A DNA stretch of 64,000 nt from Gemmatimonadaceae bacterium (GCA_044224875.1 JBGAJQ010000002.1:1-64000), one strand, 5' to 3'. Numbered from the stretch's first letter, positions 9,646 through 19,088 are shown. The notes: generated from the letters alone by a model not told the origin. A program made the numbers and translations.

Positions 9646-11157
9646 CTACGCCATCTCGCGAAGCAGCTCCTGCGCCGCCATGTATCCCGGCGTCCCCGCG
9701 ATCGAACCACAGGGGTAAGAGCCCGCACCACAATACGTGAGACTTGGCCACCGTCCGAACTGATAGAACCGGCGGCCGCCTTCGGCGAATCCGCGATCGG
9801 CAAATTGCTGTCCCCTCGTCAGCTCCGTGTGATCGAGGTTCCCTCCGGGAAACAGGAACAGCTCCTGCAGGTCCGTCGGGGCAAGCAAGCGCCCCCACAC
9901 GCAGTCCTCGGGATTCGCAATGTGCGAGAGGACGTCCGCCGTCACCTGCTCCTTCACGTGCTCGAGCGCGTCACCGCGCGTGCCGAGCGCCAGGTTCTTG
10001 AAGAATAGCGTTAGGCGGTCGTACGGTTCATGCAGGCCCAGCTGCCGCATCGCCGCCCCCTCACAATAGATCTGCACGTAGCCCGGATCGTAGGCCACTT
10101 CGCCAGATCGAACGCCGGTGGTCGCGCGCTCGAAAGCGTCCAACGTCTCCACGGAGAAGACGAACCGAAAGGCGGAGTCGGCCTCGGGAGCATCCTTCCA
10201 GCGCGCGCGATTCTGGAACATCAGGGTCAGCTTCCCACTCGATCCGAGAAATCGCTTTCCGGCGACGCGTTCTGTCGTATCCAGGTCGCCGACGAGTCGA
10301 GCGGCCGAAAGCGGGTCGGTCGCGAGTACCAGTTGATCGAAGGGGGTCTCGTGGGAACGTCCATCGACCGTGTACCGGACGACGCCGCGGTCCGGATCGA
10401 TCTCGTTGACGTGGGCCCCTAGCCGCAGGTCCACTCCCATCTCGCGATCGATCTCCGCCAGCACTTCGGTGAGGCGCCACAGCCCGGGCTTCACAAACCC
10501 GTAGTAGCCGCCAAAGACCGAGCCGGAGTCCATCAGTGGCAGCGTGAAGGCAGAGTAGGGTTCGGCCAGTGACACCGGACCGCTCTCCGTCACGGTCATC
10601 GCCATGTAGATCCGCGTCCGATCGGCGGTGAAGTAGTGCGTTAACAGATCCCTCGCACTTCCGGTGATCCAGAGCTGGGTCAGCGTATCGCCCAACACCA
10701 ATCGGGCCGCGTCGATGCTGGGAGGCGTGGCGGAGCGATAACCGGACTGCAAGAACTCCACCACCTGAGCTTCGTCAGCCCGAAAGGCGGCGGCATCCCC
10801 CTGCTCGTCCCATCGCTGCCGAAACTCGGCGTCCAGTTGCAACGGGTCACGATGAATCCACGCACTGGCCTCGGGCGTGGGGAAGTACACGCGCTTGGCT
10901 GTCGAGGGAACGAAGGTCTCCAATCGCGACGCCAAGCCTGTTTCCCGGAAGATGAAATCCGGCATGAGGCCCAGGACGGACGCGCCTAACGAATACGACT
11001 GTACGCGCCTTGCCACCGTGGCCTCCGCACGTACACACGCGCCACCGGCACGTGCGGCGCGCTCCAACAGCGTCACCGAGTGGCCGGCCCGCCGAAGGTA
11101 ATGCGCCGCGACCAGCCCATTGATGCCGGCGCCAACGACGACCACCGGCCGCTGCAT
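9646..11157 (-). CDS. Phytoene-desaturase-like NAD(P)/FAD-dependent oxidoreductase
   Basis: VVGAGINGLVAA..L Rossmann motif, LE...GGA, GGNLDH and YCGAGSYPCGSIAGTPGY C-terminus; its ATG overlaps the FkbM stop (TAATG). Confidence 0.85.
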   Translation of the reverse strand: MQRPVVVVGAGINGLVAAHYLRRAGHSVTLLERAARAGGACVRAEATVARRVQSYSLGASVLGLMPDFIFRETGLASRLETFVPSTAKRVYFPTPEASAWIHRDPLQLDAEFRQRWDEQGDAAAFRADEAQVVEFLQSGYRSATPPSIDAARLVLGDTLTQLWITGSARDLLTHYFTADRTRIYMAMTVTESGPVSLAEPYSAFTLPLMDSGSVFGGYYGFVKPGLWRLTEVLAEIDREMGVDLRLGAHVNEIDPDRGVVRYTVDGRSHETPFDQLVLATDPLSAARLVGDLDTTERVAGKRFLGSSGKLTLMFQNRARWKDAPEADSAFRFVFSVETLDAFERATTGVRSGEVAYDPGYVQIYCEGAAMRQLGLHEPYDRLTLFFKNLALGTRGDALEHVKEQVTADVLSHIANPEDCVWGRLLAPTDLQELFLFPGGNLDHTELTRGQQFADRGFAEGGRRFYQFGRWPSLTYCGAGSYPCGSIAGTPGYMAAQELLREMA

Positions 11158-12071
11158 TACAGGTCGCCTACCCACAGGGTGGACGACACCACGACCGTTG
11201 GGACGCGCGGCACCCGGTTCACCAGCGCCGAGAAGTCCCGCACGCATCGCTCGATCCCCTCACCCTGGCGCGAAGCCGGCAGATGCAACTCCAGCGAGAC
11301 GCGGTCAATACGCTCGAGTACACCCGTCTTGGCCATGATGCCCCACTCCGCCCCCTCGCAGTCCAGCTTGAGCCACGCGCACCGAGCAATCCCGTGCTCA
11401 CGAAACACATCGTCCAGCGTCACACAGTCGACCGTCTCGCTCGTCCACCCGCTCGCCTCTCGGGACGCACGCGCCGCGTCTGGGAGTCCGACCGTGGATC
11501 CGGCCGTCGCGTGCGGCGCCCAGGTGAGCGTGAGCGTTCCTCGATCACCCATGACGGCCTGACGAACCGCGGTGACATTGGAGATGCCGTTCCACCGAAG
11601 ATTCTCGACGAACATCGCGTAGTTGCTCGCGGCTGGCTCGTACGCGATGATGCGAATCTCCGGGTGCAACGTGGCAAGGATGACCGACACGCCGCCAATG
11701 TGCGCGCCAACATCCACGGCCACGTCATCAGGGGCAAAGGTCAACTCCGCCATGCCGTACATGCCACGCGCGTACTCGTCGAGCACGTCCGCGGCCCAGG
11801 TGGAGCCCGGGATGTCGCGCAAGCGGACGACCTTCCCGGCGACGTCGAACTCCACGTGGCTCAACGCCGGATCACCCTGAACCGCCAGCTTGAACTGCGC
11901 GGCCGCCGCGCCGTAGGACCGCAAGAGTCCGAGAAAACGACCGGCGGTCCACAGCACCTGGGGGTGATTGGGGTGCGTGGCAAACAGCTCGCCGATGAGC
12001 CCACGAGCGACCGCCACATCGCGCACATCCAAGGCGCGGTTCGTCGCCGCGAGGCGTTCGGTGAGCTCCAT
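11157..12071 (-). CDS. FkbM family methyltransferase with an N-terminal TPR-like helical segment
   Basis: VDVGAHIG, YEP, TLDD and LKLDCEGAE motifs; strong RBS AAGGAG before ATG 12071. Confidence 0.85.
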   Translation of the reverse strand: MELTERLAATNRALDVRDVAVARGLIGELFATHPNHPQVLWTAGRFLGLLRSYGAAAAQFKLAVQGDPALSHVEFDVAGKVVRLRDIPGSTWAADVLDEYARGMYGMAELTFAPDDVAVDVGAHIGGVSVILATLHPEIRIIAYEPAASNYAMFVENLRWNGISNVTAVRQAVMGDRGTLTLTWAPHATAGSTVGLPDAARASREASGWTSETVDCVTLDDVFREHGIARCAWLKLDCEGAEWGIMAKTGVLERIDRVSLELHLPASRQGEGIERCVRDFSALVNRVPRVPTVVVSSTLWVGDL

Positions 12072-12186
12072 CGTTCTCTCCTTGCTGAAGGTCCCCAACA
12101 TCCGTTGCCGACGCGAGGCACGCGGCGCCCCTCGCCGCCGTCCGCAACAATCAGCTCAACTCCGACCAACGTACCATACCGGTGCC

Positions 12187-12200
12187 CCTCTACGTAGAGG
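12187..12200. promoter_or_regulatory. Perfect 14-bp palindrome CCTCTACGTAGAGG in a divergent intergenic region (candidate operator)
   Basis: The sequence is its own reverse complement and lies between the divergent FkbM and kinase starts. Confidence 0.35.
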
Positions 12201-12352
12201 CGGGAGAGCGGAGGCCCGTTGCCAGGCAGGACGTGCGCTTCCGCCGCCGCTCGCACCCGAGGTGCTCGCCGCAAGCCAAACACACTGGCGATCTGGACCT
12301 TATCTGGCGCCGCCGATATGCTGTCAGCGGCTCCAACCCACTCGCGAATCGC

Positions 12353-15196
12353 GTGTCCAACCCACAGCAGCTGGAGGACCTGAGACGGACGCTCGCCGGC
12401 CGCTACGAGATCGTGGCGGAGGTGGGCCAGGGCGGATTTGCCACCGTGTACTCGGCGAAAGACCTCCGCCACAACTCCGTGGTCGCGATCAAGGTGTTGC
12501 GACCGGAGTTGGCGGCGGCCTTGGGCGCGTTGCGGTTCACCCGTGAAATCCAGATCACGGCGCAGCTCCAGCATCCGAACATCCTGCCACTCCTGGATTC
12601 AGGCGACGTGAACGGCGTTCCGTACTACGTGATGCCGTTCGTGGAAGGAGAGTCGCTCAACCGGCGGTTGCAACGCGAGGGACAGCTGGCGATCTCCGAC
12701 GCGGTGGCGCTGGTCGTGGAGGTTGCGGATGGGCTGTCGTACGCGCATGCGCGAGGCTTCGTGCACCGGGACATCAAGCCGGAGAACATCCTGCTGTCTC
12801 ACGGGCATGCGGTCCTCGCCGACTTCGGAGTAGCGCGCGCGCTGGACGTGACTGGCGCCGAGCGGATCACCGATTCCGGGCTGGCGTTAGGCACCGTAAC
12901 GTACATGAGTCCGGAGCAGGCGGCGGGCGAACGCGTGGACAGCCGATCGGACATCTACGCACTGGGCTGTGTCCTCTACGAGCTGCTGGTAGGTGCCCCG
13001 CCATTCGCTGGTCCAACCGCACAAGCGGTGATGGCACGACACGCGGTGGATCCACCGCCAAGCATTCGCTCGGTTCGATCGACGGTGCCGCCAGCGTTGG
13101 AAGCCGCCGTCATGAAGGCCATGGCCAAGGTGCCAACGGACCGATTCGCCACGGCCGCGGAATTTCGCGAGGAGGTTGTTCGAGCTGCGGCCACCCCCGC
13201 TGGCCCCACGAGAGCGCCGCGGGATCGGATGCCGCGCGTCGCAGCTTTCGCGGCGGTGCTCGCACTCGTCGTGGTCGGGCTCGTGACCTTGCGGCCATGG
13301 GCGGCCAAGCCGGCGCTCGATCCCAACCGCGTGATGGTCTTTCCTCTGGTACTTCCTGGCGATTGGCCAGGCTCGAAGAGCACCGGTGAGGACGTGGCAA
13401 CGATGATCGGGAGCGCGGTCGATGGTGCAGGCCCACTACGATGGATAGACGCGTGGCAGCTGCTGGGCGCCGAGTCTCGGGAGAATATCCGGACCCTCAG
13501 CGCCGAAGGCGCGGCCACGCTGGCCAAGGCACAGCGCAGTGCCTTTGTCCTCACGGGACGAATTGCCGCTCGTGGAAAGGACTCAGCCACGGTGTTGCTT
13601 GAATTGCGAGACGTCGCCGGTGACTCGGTGGTCGCGCGGCCGAGTGCGACGGCGTCGGTGGGGGAGGTGTGGCGGGCTGGGTTAGCCGCCACCACACAAC
13701 TGCTGCCACGGCTCATCACAACCGCAATTCCCGACGTGGTCAGTGAGTGGACACAGCGTCCACCAGCAGCCGTCGCGCATTTCCTGCTCGCTGAATCGGC
13801 TTTCCGTCGGGTGCAACTGGATGAGGCCGAAGCCCAGTACCTGCAGGCCGTTGCCGCGGATTCCACGTTTGGCCTGGCGGCCATTCGTGGGGCGCAAGCG
13901 GCGACGTGGAACCACGATCAGCAAGGCGCGGTAACGTTGATTGACGCAGCCTTGCGCTCCAGGCTTTCCGACCGGCATCGGGCCTTTGCGCTCGGGTATC
14001 GGTCGTTCCTGCAGGGACGGGCCGATTCCGCGATCGCTCAGTTGCAACGCGCGCTGGCCCTCGATTCCGCCCGCGCGTTCGTATGGATGCAGCTGGGTGA
14101 GGTGTATGCGCACCTGCAACCATTCCAGGGGCAGACCGACACCCTGGAAGCGTATGCGTTGGAACAGGCCATGCAACGCGATTCGACGGCCACCAACGTC
14201 CTGTTCCACCTGATCGAGGTACGCCTCCGACAAGGAGACACGACGCGTGCAAAGCCGCTCGTGGAACGCTTCCTTGCGGCTCGGCCCGATTCGTCGCTGG
14301 CGCATCAGGTGCAGATCATGCACACCTGCGTGCGTCGCGGGCCTAACGCATCGGGGTTGGACGGCGCCGCACACCGAGCGCCTGGCCCACTCCTGGCCGC
14401 GGCGGTCACAATGAGCGCCGGCGCTCGCCAGTGGCGGTGCGCCAAGGCCGCGTACGAGGCCGTACTGGCGATCGATACCGGGGCGACGCCGGAAGCCGAC
14501 ACACGGCGCTGGTACGCGCTGATCGGCTTGCAGGGGTTGCAGCTCTCGCTACACGACCAGACTGGCGCTGAGCGGTCGATCGCGAACTTCCTCGAGCGCT
14601 GGAAGATCGGCACGTCACTCTACCTGTTCGATGCGGCGGCTTGGCGTGTCTTTACCGACAAGGCGTCTCGAGTGGCCGAAGGAGACGCCAAGGAACTGCA
14701 AGGCGATCCGTCGGCGTGTACGGCATCCCTCCGCTGCTGGTTGCTCGGTGTGTTCCTTTCCAGTGCAGGGCGCGTGGACGAGGCCGCGGCGATTGCCCCA
14801 AGGATCCTGCAACCCACAGGACGCCCGCCCACTCACGAAGACAGTGTGATGGCGCGCTCCCTCGAGGGACACGTGCAGCTCGCACGCGGCGACACCGCGG
14901 CAGCGATCGCAGCATTTCAACAGCTCTTGCTCTCCGGTCGCAGCATCGTGAGCCTCGAGTGGGACCTCGCCATGCCCCTCGCGATCGAGCGGCTTGCACT
15001 CGCGCGTGTTATGATAGCGCGCGGTCAACTGGAGTCCGCGATTGGCGTGCTCGATGTGTTGGACTCGCGATCGGTGGTCCATGGCGGGTTCGTGGCCACG
15101 TCCCTCGAGCTACGCGCGCAGGCGGCGAACCAGTTGCACGATGACGCGAGGGCGGCCAGCTATCGGGCGCGCTTGTTGGAGCTGAAGCAACCATAA
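12353..15196 (+). CDS. Hanks-type Ser/Thr protein kinase with TM helix and C-terminal TolB-like/TPR region
   Basis: GQGGFATVY, VAIK, HRDIKPEN, DFG, GTVTYMSPEQ and DIYALG motifs; hydrophobic AAFAAVLALVVVGLVTL segment; helical repeats. Start set at GTG 12353 (uncertain). Confidence 0.9.
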   Translation: MSNPQQLEDLRRTLAGRYEIVAEVGQGGFATVYSAKDLRHNSVVAIKVLRPELAAALGALRFTREIQITAQLQHPNILPLLDSGDVNGVPYYVMPFVEGESLNRRLQREGQLAISDAVALVVEVADGLSYAHARGFVHRDIKPENILLSHGHAVLADFGVARALDVTGAERITDSGLALGTVTYMSPEQAAGERVDSRSDIYALGCVLYELLVGAPPFAGPTAQAVMARHAVDPPPSIRSVRSTVPPALEAAVMKAMAKVPTDRFATAAEFREEVVRAAATPAGPTRAPRDRMPRVAAFAAVLALVVVGLVTLRPWAAKPALDPNRVMVFPLVLPGDWPGSKSTGEDVATMIGSAVDGAGPLRWIDAWQLLGAESRENIRTLSAEGAATLAKAQRSAFVLTGRIAARGKDSATVLLELRDVAGDSVVARPSATASVGEVWRAGLAATTQLLPRLITTAIPDVVSEWTQRPPAAVAHFLLAESAFRRVQLDEAEAQYLQAVAADSTFGLAAIRGAQAATWNHDQQGAVTLIDAALRSRLSDRHRAFALGYRSFLQGRADSAIAQLQRALALDSARAFVWMQLGEVYAHLQPFQGQTDTLEAYALEQAMQRDSTATNVLFHLIEVRLRQGDTTRAKPLVERFLAARPDSSLAHQVQIMHTCVRRGPNASGLDGAAHRAPGPLLAAAVTMSAGARQWRCAKAAYEAVLAIDTGATPEADTRRWYALIGLQGLQLSLHDQTGAERSIANFLERWKIGTSLYLFDAAAWRVFTDKASRVAEGDAKELQGDPSACTASLRCWLLGVFLSSAGRVDEAAAIAPRILQPTGRPPTHEDSVMARSLEGHVQLARGDTAAAIAAFQQLLLSGRSIVSLEWDLAMPLAIERLALARVMIARGQLESAIGVLDVLDSRSVVHGGFVATSLELRAQAANQLHDDARAASYRARLLELKQP

Positions 15197-15243
15197 GGGC
15201 AGTGGAAGGCGTGCGGTCCAAACGATCCAACTGGAGACTCGAC

Positions 15244-15645
15244 ATGGAACCAGAGGAAAAACCGCGCGGAGAAACGCGCCCCCCGCCACCTCCACCACGG
15301 CGCGGAGACGATGAACCTCCTCCGCCACCTGGAAGGCCCCGCGGCGACACACCTCCCCCGCCACCTCCACCGAAGCGAGGAGGGGACGAGCCGCCACCGC
15401 CTCCAGGTAGGCCGCGTGGTGATACTCCACCCCCCCCGCCGCCGCCCAAGCGCGGAGGGGATGAGCCGCCACCGGCTCCAGGCCGACCGCGCGGTGATAC
15501 GCCACCGCCTCCGCCGCCACCCAAGCGGGGAGGGGACGAGCCGCCGCCTCCAGGCAGACCGCGGGGCGACACGCCGCCTCCGCCGCCGCCGCCTAAGCGC
15601 GGTGGTGATGACCCGCCGCCACCACCGCCTGGCCGCAAGCCGTAG
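15244..15645 (+). CDS. Proline-rich tandem-repeat protein (133 aa, five 24-26-aa repeats)
   Basis: GGAG RBS upstream of ATG 15244; repeats are conserved in amino acids but vary at synonymous positions. Confidence 0.75.
   Translation: MEPEEKPRGETRPPPPPPRRGDDEPPPPPGRPRGDTPPPPPPPKRGGDEPPPPPGRPRGDTPPPPPPPKRGGDEPPPAPGRPRGDTPPPPPPPKRGGDEPPPPGRPRGDTPPPPPPPKRGGDDPPPPPPGRKP
15262..15636 (+). repeat. Five coding tandem repeats of about 75 nt, unit PRGDTPPPPPPPKRGGDEPPPPPGR
   Basis: Read directly from the sequence and its translation; unit lengths are 25, 25, 25, 24 and 26 aa. Confidence 0.95.
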
Positions 15646-15660
15646 CAGTCAACGATCACT

Positions 15661-15687
15661 GGGCGCGCGCTCTGGAATCGCGCGCTC
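15661..15687. terminator. GC hairpin between convergent genes (candidate terminator)
   Basis: GGGCGCGCG-9 nt loop-CGCGCGCTC; no strong U-tract. Confidence 0.4.
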
Positions 15688-16198
15688 AGTGTTCCAGGGG
15701 CGCGCGCGTGATGCGTTCGTACTGCTGGTACATCTGCACCCGCCAACGCACGATCATACCAAAGGCCAGCAAGTAGAAGAGCGACGCGGTCTGCAGCGGT
15801 GAGATGATGTGCCCGATGTAGTCATGCAGCGCGAGTCGTACGCCAAGAAGCACCAGCAGAATGGCGAGGAACGTACGCGAGCGCTTCATGAAAACCACAC
15901 CATCGCGAAGCTCGAGCCGCGATGAGCGGACCAGTGGCCACGACAGCACCAACGCGCCGACCACGAACGCGCTAATTCCCCAAGACCACGGCACACGCAT
16001 CGCCGGCGAAAAGAACATGCCGAACGCCGAACTCATCGCGAGCGGCGGGATGACGATTCCCGGTCGGGTGACAGGCACCCTCGTCTCCCGAACGCGCCAC
16101 GCCAGCATGGCAATTCCGCCGAACACCGGCCCTATGCGCAGGACCGGACGAATGATCGCCTGATAACGGGTGAAGAGCTCGGGAATCTCCATTGCCAT
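15686..16198 (-). CDS. ccdC: CcdC/DUF1453 family membrane protein
   Basis: IVIPPLAMSSAFGMF and FYLLAFGMIVRWR resemble CcdC; multiple TM helices. Confidence 0.75.
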   Translation of the reverse strand: MAMEIPELFTRYQAIIRPVLRIGPVFGGIAMLAWRVRETRVPVTRPGIVIPPLAMSSAFGMFFSPAMRVPWSWGISAFVVGALVLSWPLVRSSRLELRDGVVFMKRSRTFLAILLVLLGVRLALHDYIGHIISPLQTASLFYLLAFGMIVRWRVQMYQQYERITRAPLEH

Positions 16199-16563
16199 CG
16201 GGAGTTTGCGAAACTGGTTGGCACAATCTCCCGTTCTCCGCTCAGGGGCAAGGGCTCGCCGCTCGGGATGCCACCACGAGCGGAACGGGCTCACGCGCTT
16301 CGACGGGCGCAAAGATGGGTCGGGGAATGTGCCAAGTGGCGGGCCGCTGCGCAGTCGGGTTCGCCCGAACAGCCCCCAGATATCGCGAAACCTTGGCGCG
16401 GGGTGCATGTTGACTATCCACCAAAATCCCGTTTCTACGGTCAGGGGGACTGCGGCCCGTTCAGGCTGCCGAAAGGTGGCTGGTGGAAGACTCCAAACCG
16501 GGCGACAGGGAGCCGGTAGCAACCTCCGAAGCAAAACTCCTGTCCGATCACGTACTCGCACTT

Positions 16564-17238
16564 ATGAACCGACCGACCCGAATCCTCGCCAGCGCGGCGT
16601 TTGCGGCACTCTCCGCATGTGCCCGCGTGCATCCTACCACCGCTCCTTCGCGCATGGGCCCAGAGGCCGCGAAGGCTCGCGCCCAAGCCGATAGCCTTCG
16701 GTACCCGTACACGAAGGCAGACATCGACTTCATGTCAGGGATGATCCACCATCACGCGCAAGCGATCCAGATCTCGGAGTGGGCACCAACGCATGGCGCC
16801 AGCCCCGCAGTCATGCGCCTGACGGAACGCATCATCAATGCGCAAAAGGATGAGATCGTGTTGATGCAAAGCTGGTTGCGCGATCGGAACCAGGAAGCGC
16901 CGGAACCCAACCCGGCTGGTATGCCGATGAAGATGGACGGGATGGATCACATCATGCCGATGCCCGGCATGCTCAATGACGAGCAGCTCAAACAGTTGGA
17001 TGCGGCGCGCAACGCCGAGTTCGATCACCTGTTTCTCACGTTCATGATTCAGCACCATCGCGGCGCCGTCGAAATGGTCCGCTCCCTGTTTGCCGCTCGG
17101 GGAGCTGGCCAAGACGAGACAGTCTTCAAGTTCGCGTCGGACGTGGAAGTCGATCAGTCCACGGAAATTCGTCGTATGCTCCAGATGTTGATCGAAGCAC
17201 CTTCTCCCTCATCACCCTCGCAGAGGAATCCGGAATGA
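16564..17238 (+). CDS. DUF305 domain lipoprotein
   Basis: ADIDFMSGMIHHHAQA, MPGML and FLTFMIQHHRGAVEM motifs; lipobox-like LSAC. Confidence 0.9.
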   Translation: MNRPTRILASAAFAALSACARVHPTTAPSRMGPEAAKARAQADSLRYPYTKADIDFMSGMIHHHAQAIQISEWAPTHGASPAVMRLTERIINAQKDEIVLMQSWLRDRNQEAPEPNPAGMPMKMDGMDHIMPMPGMLNDEQLKQLDAARNAEFDHLFLTFMIQHHRGAVEMVRSLFAARGAGQDETVFKFASDVEVDQSTEIRRMLQMLIEAPSPSSPSQRNPE

Positions 17239-19088
17239 TTGGCGCTCACCGCCTGATGGCGCGCTTCTCGCTCGCAACCGCGTTCGTGGTGGCCGCGGGG
17301 TGCGCAGGCTCGACACCCACACCGGCACCGGTGCCGGCCCCCGCCGCCGATCCGCGCTTGGACTCGCGCGTCGGACTCAAAGCCGGCTTGATGGACGCGG
17401 GTGAAGCAGTCTCCTACTTGAAGGTCGTATCCAAGGCTGCATCACCCCAAGGCTTCCTCGGAATCACCAACTCCGACATGGCCTTCACGGGGAACTACGT
17501 CATTCAGGGCAACTACAACGGCCCCGTCATCTGGGACATCTCGAATCCGTCCAAGCCGGAGCTGGTCACCGCCTACACCTGTCCGGCGTCGCAGAACGAC
17601 GTATCAGTGTACAAGAACCTGATGTTCATGTCGGCCGAGGCGAACAATGGTCGTGTGGACTGCAAGCCGGGTGGTGTGCCCGACACCGTGAGCAACGAAC
17701 GGTTCCGCGGCGTTCGCGTGTTCGACATCACGGACATCAAGAGCCCAAAGCTCGTCGCCAACGTCCAGACGTGCCGCGGCTCCCACACGCACACGGTCGT
17801 CGAGAGCCCAAAGGACCCGGACAACGTCTACATCTACGTCTCGGGCTCAGCCGGCATTCGCTCGCCTAACGAACTACCCGGATGCGTGCGTGAAGCGCCG
17901 GACAAGAATGCGAGTTCTTCACTGCTTCGCATCGAGATCATCAAGGTTCCCCTGAGTCATCCAGACCAATCGGCCGTCGTGAATCGCGCCAACATCTTCA
18001 GTGGCCTCACGTACACGCCGAGCCATGGACCAAGCGACGAAGATAAGGAAGCCGGAGCCAAGGCGGCCGCGGCTGCCCGTGCTGCCGGTGGTTTCACCGC
18101 CAAAGTCCCGTCGAGCGGCGAAGACATTGTGGTCGGTGGTGGATTTGCCCGTATGCTCCTGGACAGCTTGGTCAAGGTCCGGGGCGGGACAGGGAACCCG
18201 ACCGGCGCCGACAGCGCAACCCTGCGCACGAACCTGCAGGACATCGTGAACAAGGTTTTTGGCAGCGCGCCAATGCCGGGGAGCCCGATCTCCGTGGGTC
18301 GCCACACCTTCAACAACGACGGCTCCAAGATTCTCTTCTCCGACGAGTGGGGCGGCGGTGGTGCACCCAAGTGCCGCGCTGGCGACAAGAAGGAGTGGGG
18401 CTCTGATGCCATCTTCTCGATCGTGAATCGCAAGATGAAGTTCGAGAGCTACTACAAGATCCCCACCATCCAGACGGCGAACGAGAACTGCGTCGCGCAC
18501 AATGGATCGCTCATCCCGATTCCCGGCCGCGACGTGATGGTGCAGGCATGGTATCAGGGCGGCATCTCGGTGTTCGACTGGACCGATCCCGCCCATCCGC
18601 AAGAAGTCGCCTTCTTCGATCGCGGCCCGGTCGATTCCACGCGCATGGCCATGGGTGGTTCCTGGTCCGTGTACTGGTACAATGGTTCGATCGTCAGCTC
18701 CGAGATCGCCCGCGGCATGGACGTGGCCGAGCTGGTGCCAAGCCCGTACATCTCGCAGAACGAAATCGACGCTGCCAAGACCGTGCGCTGGACGCACCTG
18801 AACGCACAAGGCCAGCCCAAGATCGAGTGGCCGCCCAGCTTCGCACTGGCTCGCGCCTTTGTCGATCAGCTCGAACGAAAGAAGTGCCTCTCGTCCTCCC
18901 GCATTGGGGAGGTACGGGCCGCCCTGTCGAACGCCGAGAAGGCAACGGGCGCCCAACGCTCGTCGGCGCTCTCCACCCTCGGCACGCAGTTGGACGGCGA
19001 TGCTCGCTCGTCATGCGATGGACCGCGCGTGAAGATGCTTCCGCCTTTCCCGTTCGTATGGACAACGCACGACCGTAGGGAGGCCTGA
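17235..19088 (+). CDS. LVIVD-repeat-type secreted lipoprotein (apparent internal deletion)
   Basis: NSDMAF, QGNYNG, CPASQNDVSVY, QTCRGSHTHT, DEWGGG, ENCVAHNG and WYQGGISV motifs; ATGA overlap with its usual DUF305 partner. Confidence 0.8.
   Translation: MIGAHRLMARFSLATAFVVAAGCAGSTPTPAPVPAPAADPRLDSRVGLKAGLMDAGEAVSYLKVVSKAASPQGFLGITNSDMAFTGNYVIQGNYNGPVIWDISNPSKPELVTAYTCPASQNDVSVYKNLMFMSAEANNGRVDCKPGGVPDTVSNERFRGVRVFDITDIKSPKLVANVQTCRGSHTHTVVESPKDPDNVYIYVSGSAGIRSPNELPGCVREAPDKNASSSLLRIEIIKVPLSHPDQSAVVNRANIFSGLTYTPSHGPSDEDKEAGAKAAAAARAAGGFTAKVPSSGEDIVVGGGFARMLLDSLVKVRGGTGNPTGADSATLRTNLQDIVNKVFGSAPMPGSPISVGRHTFNNDGSKILFSDEWGGGGAPKCRAGDKKEWGSDAIFSIVNRKMKFESYYKIPTIQTANENCVAHNGSLIPIPGRDVMVQAWYQGGISVFDWTDPAHPQEVAFFDRGPVDSTRMAMGGSWSVYWYNGSIVSSEIARGMDVAELVPSPYISQNEIDAAKTVRWTHLNAQGQPKIEWPPSFALARAFVDQLERKKCLSSSRIGEVRAALSNAEKATGAQRSSALSTLGTQLDGDARSSCDGPRVKMLPPFPFVWTTHDRREA

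Noticed and set aside
12182..12352. Long N-terminal extensions of ORF-track calls (kinase; likewise at 51854, 63732 and 16561)
   Set aside because: They look like intergenic read-through; better starts lie downstream next to the first domain or an RBS.
15262..15636. Possible CRISPR array or non-coding VNTR
   Set aside because: There are no unique spacers and no cas genes, and variation falls at third codon positions, so it is a coding repeat.
15009..15746. Gly-rich ORF on the minus strand (GGGGGGGVSPRG repeats)
   Set aside because: It is the antisense shadow of the polyproline gene. It overlaps the kinase and ccdC, and its repeats vary non-synonymously (L/R/F) where the plus-strand repeats are conserved.
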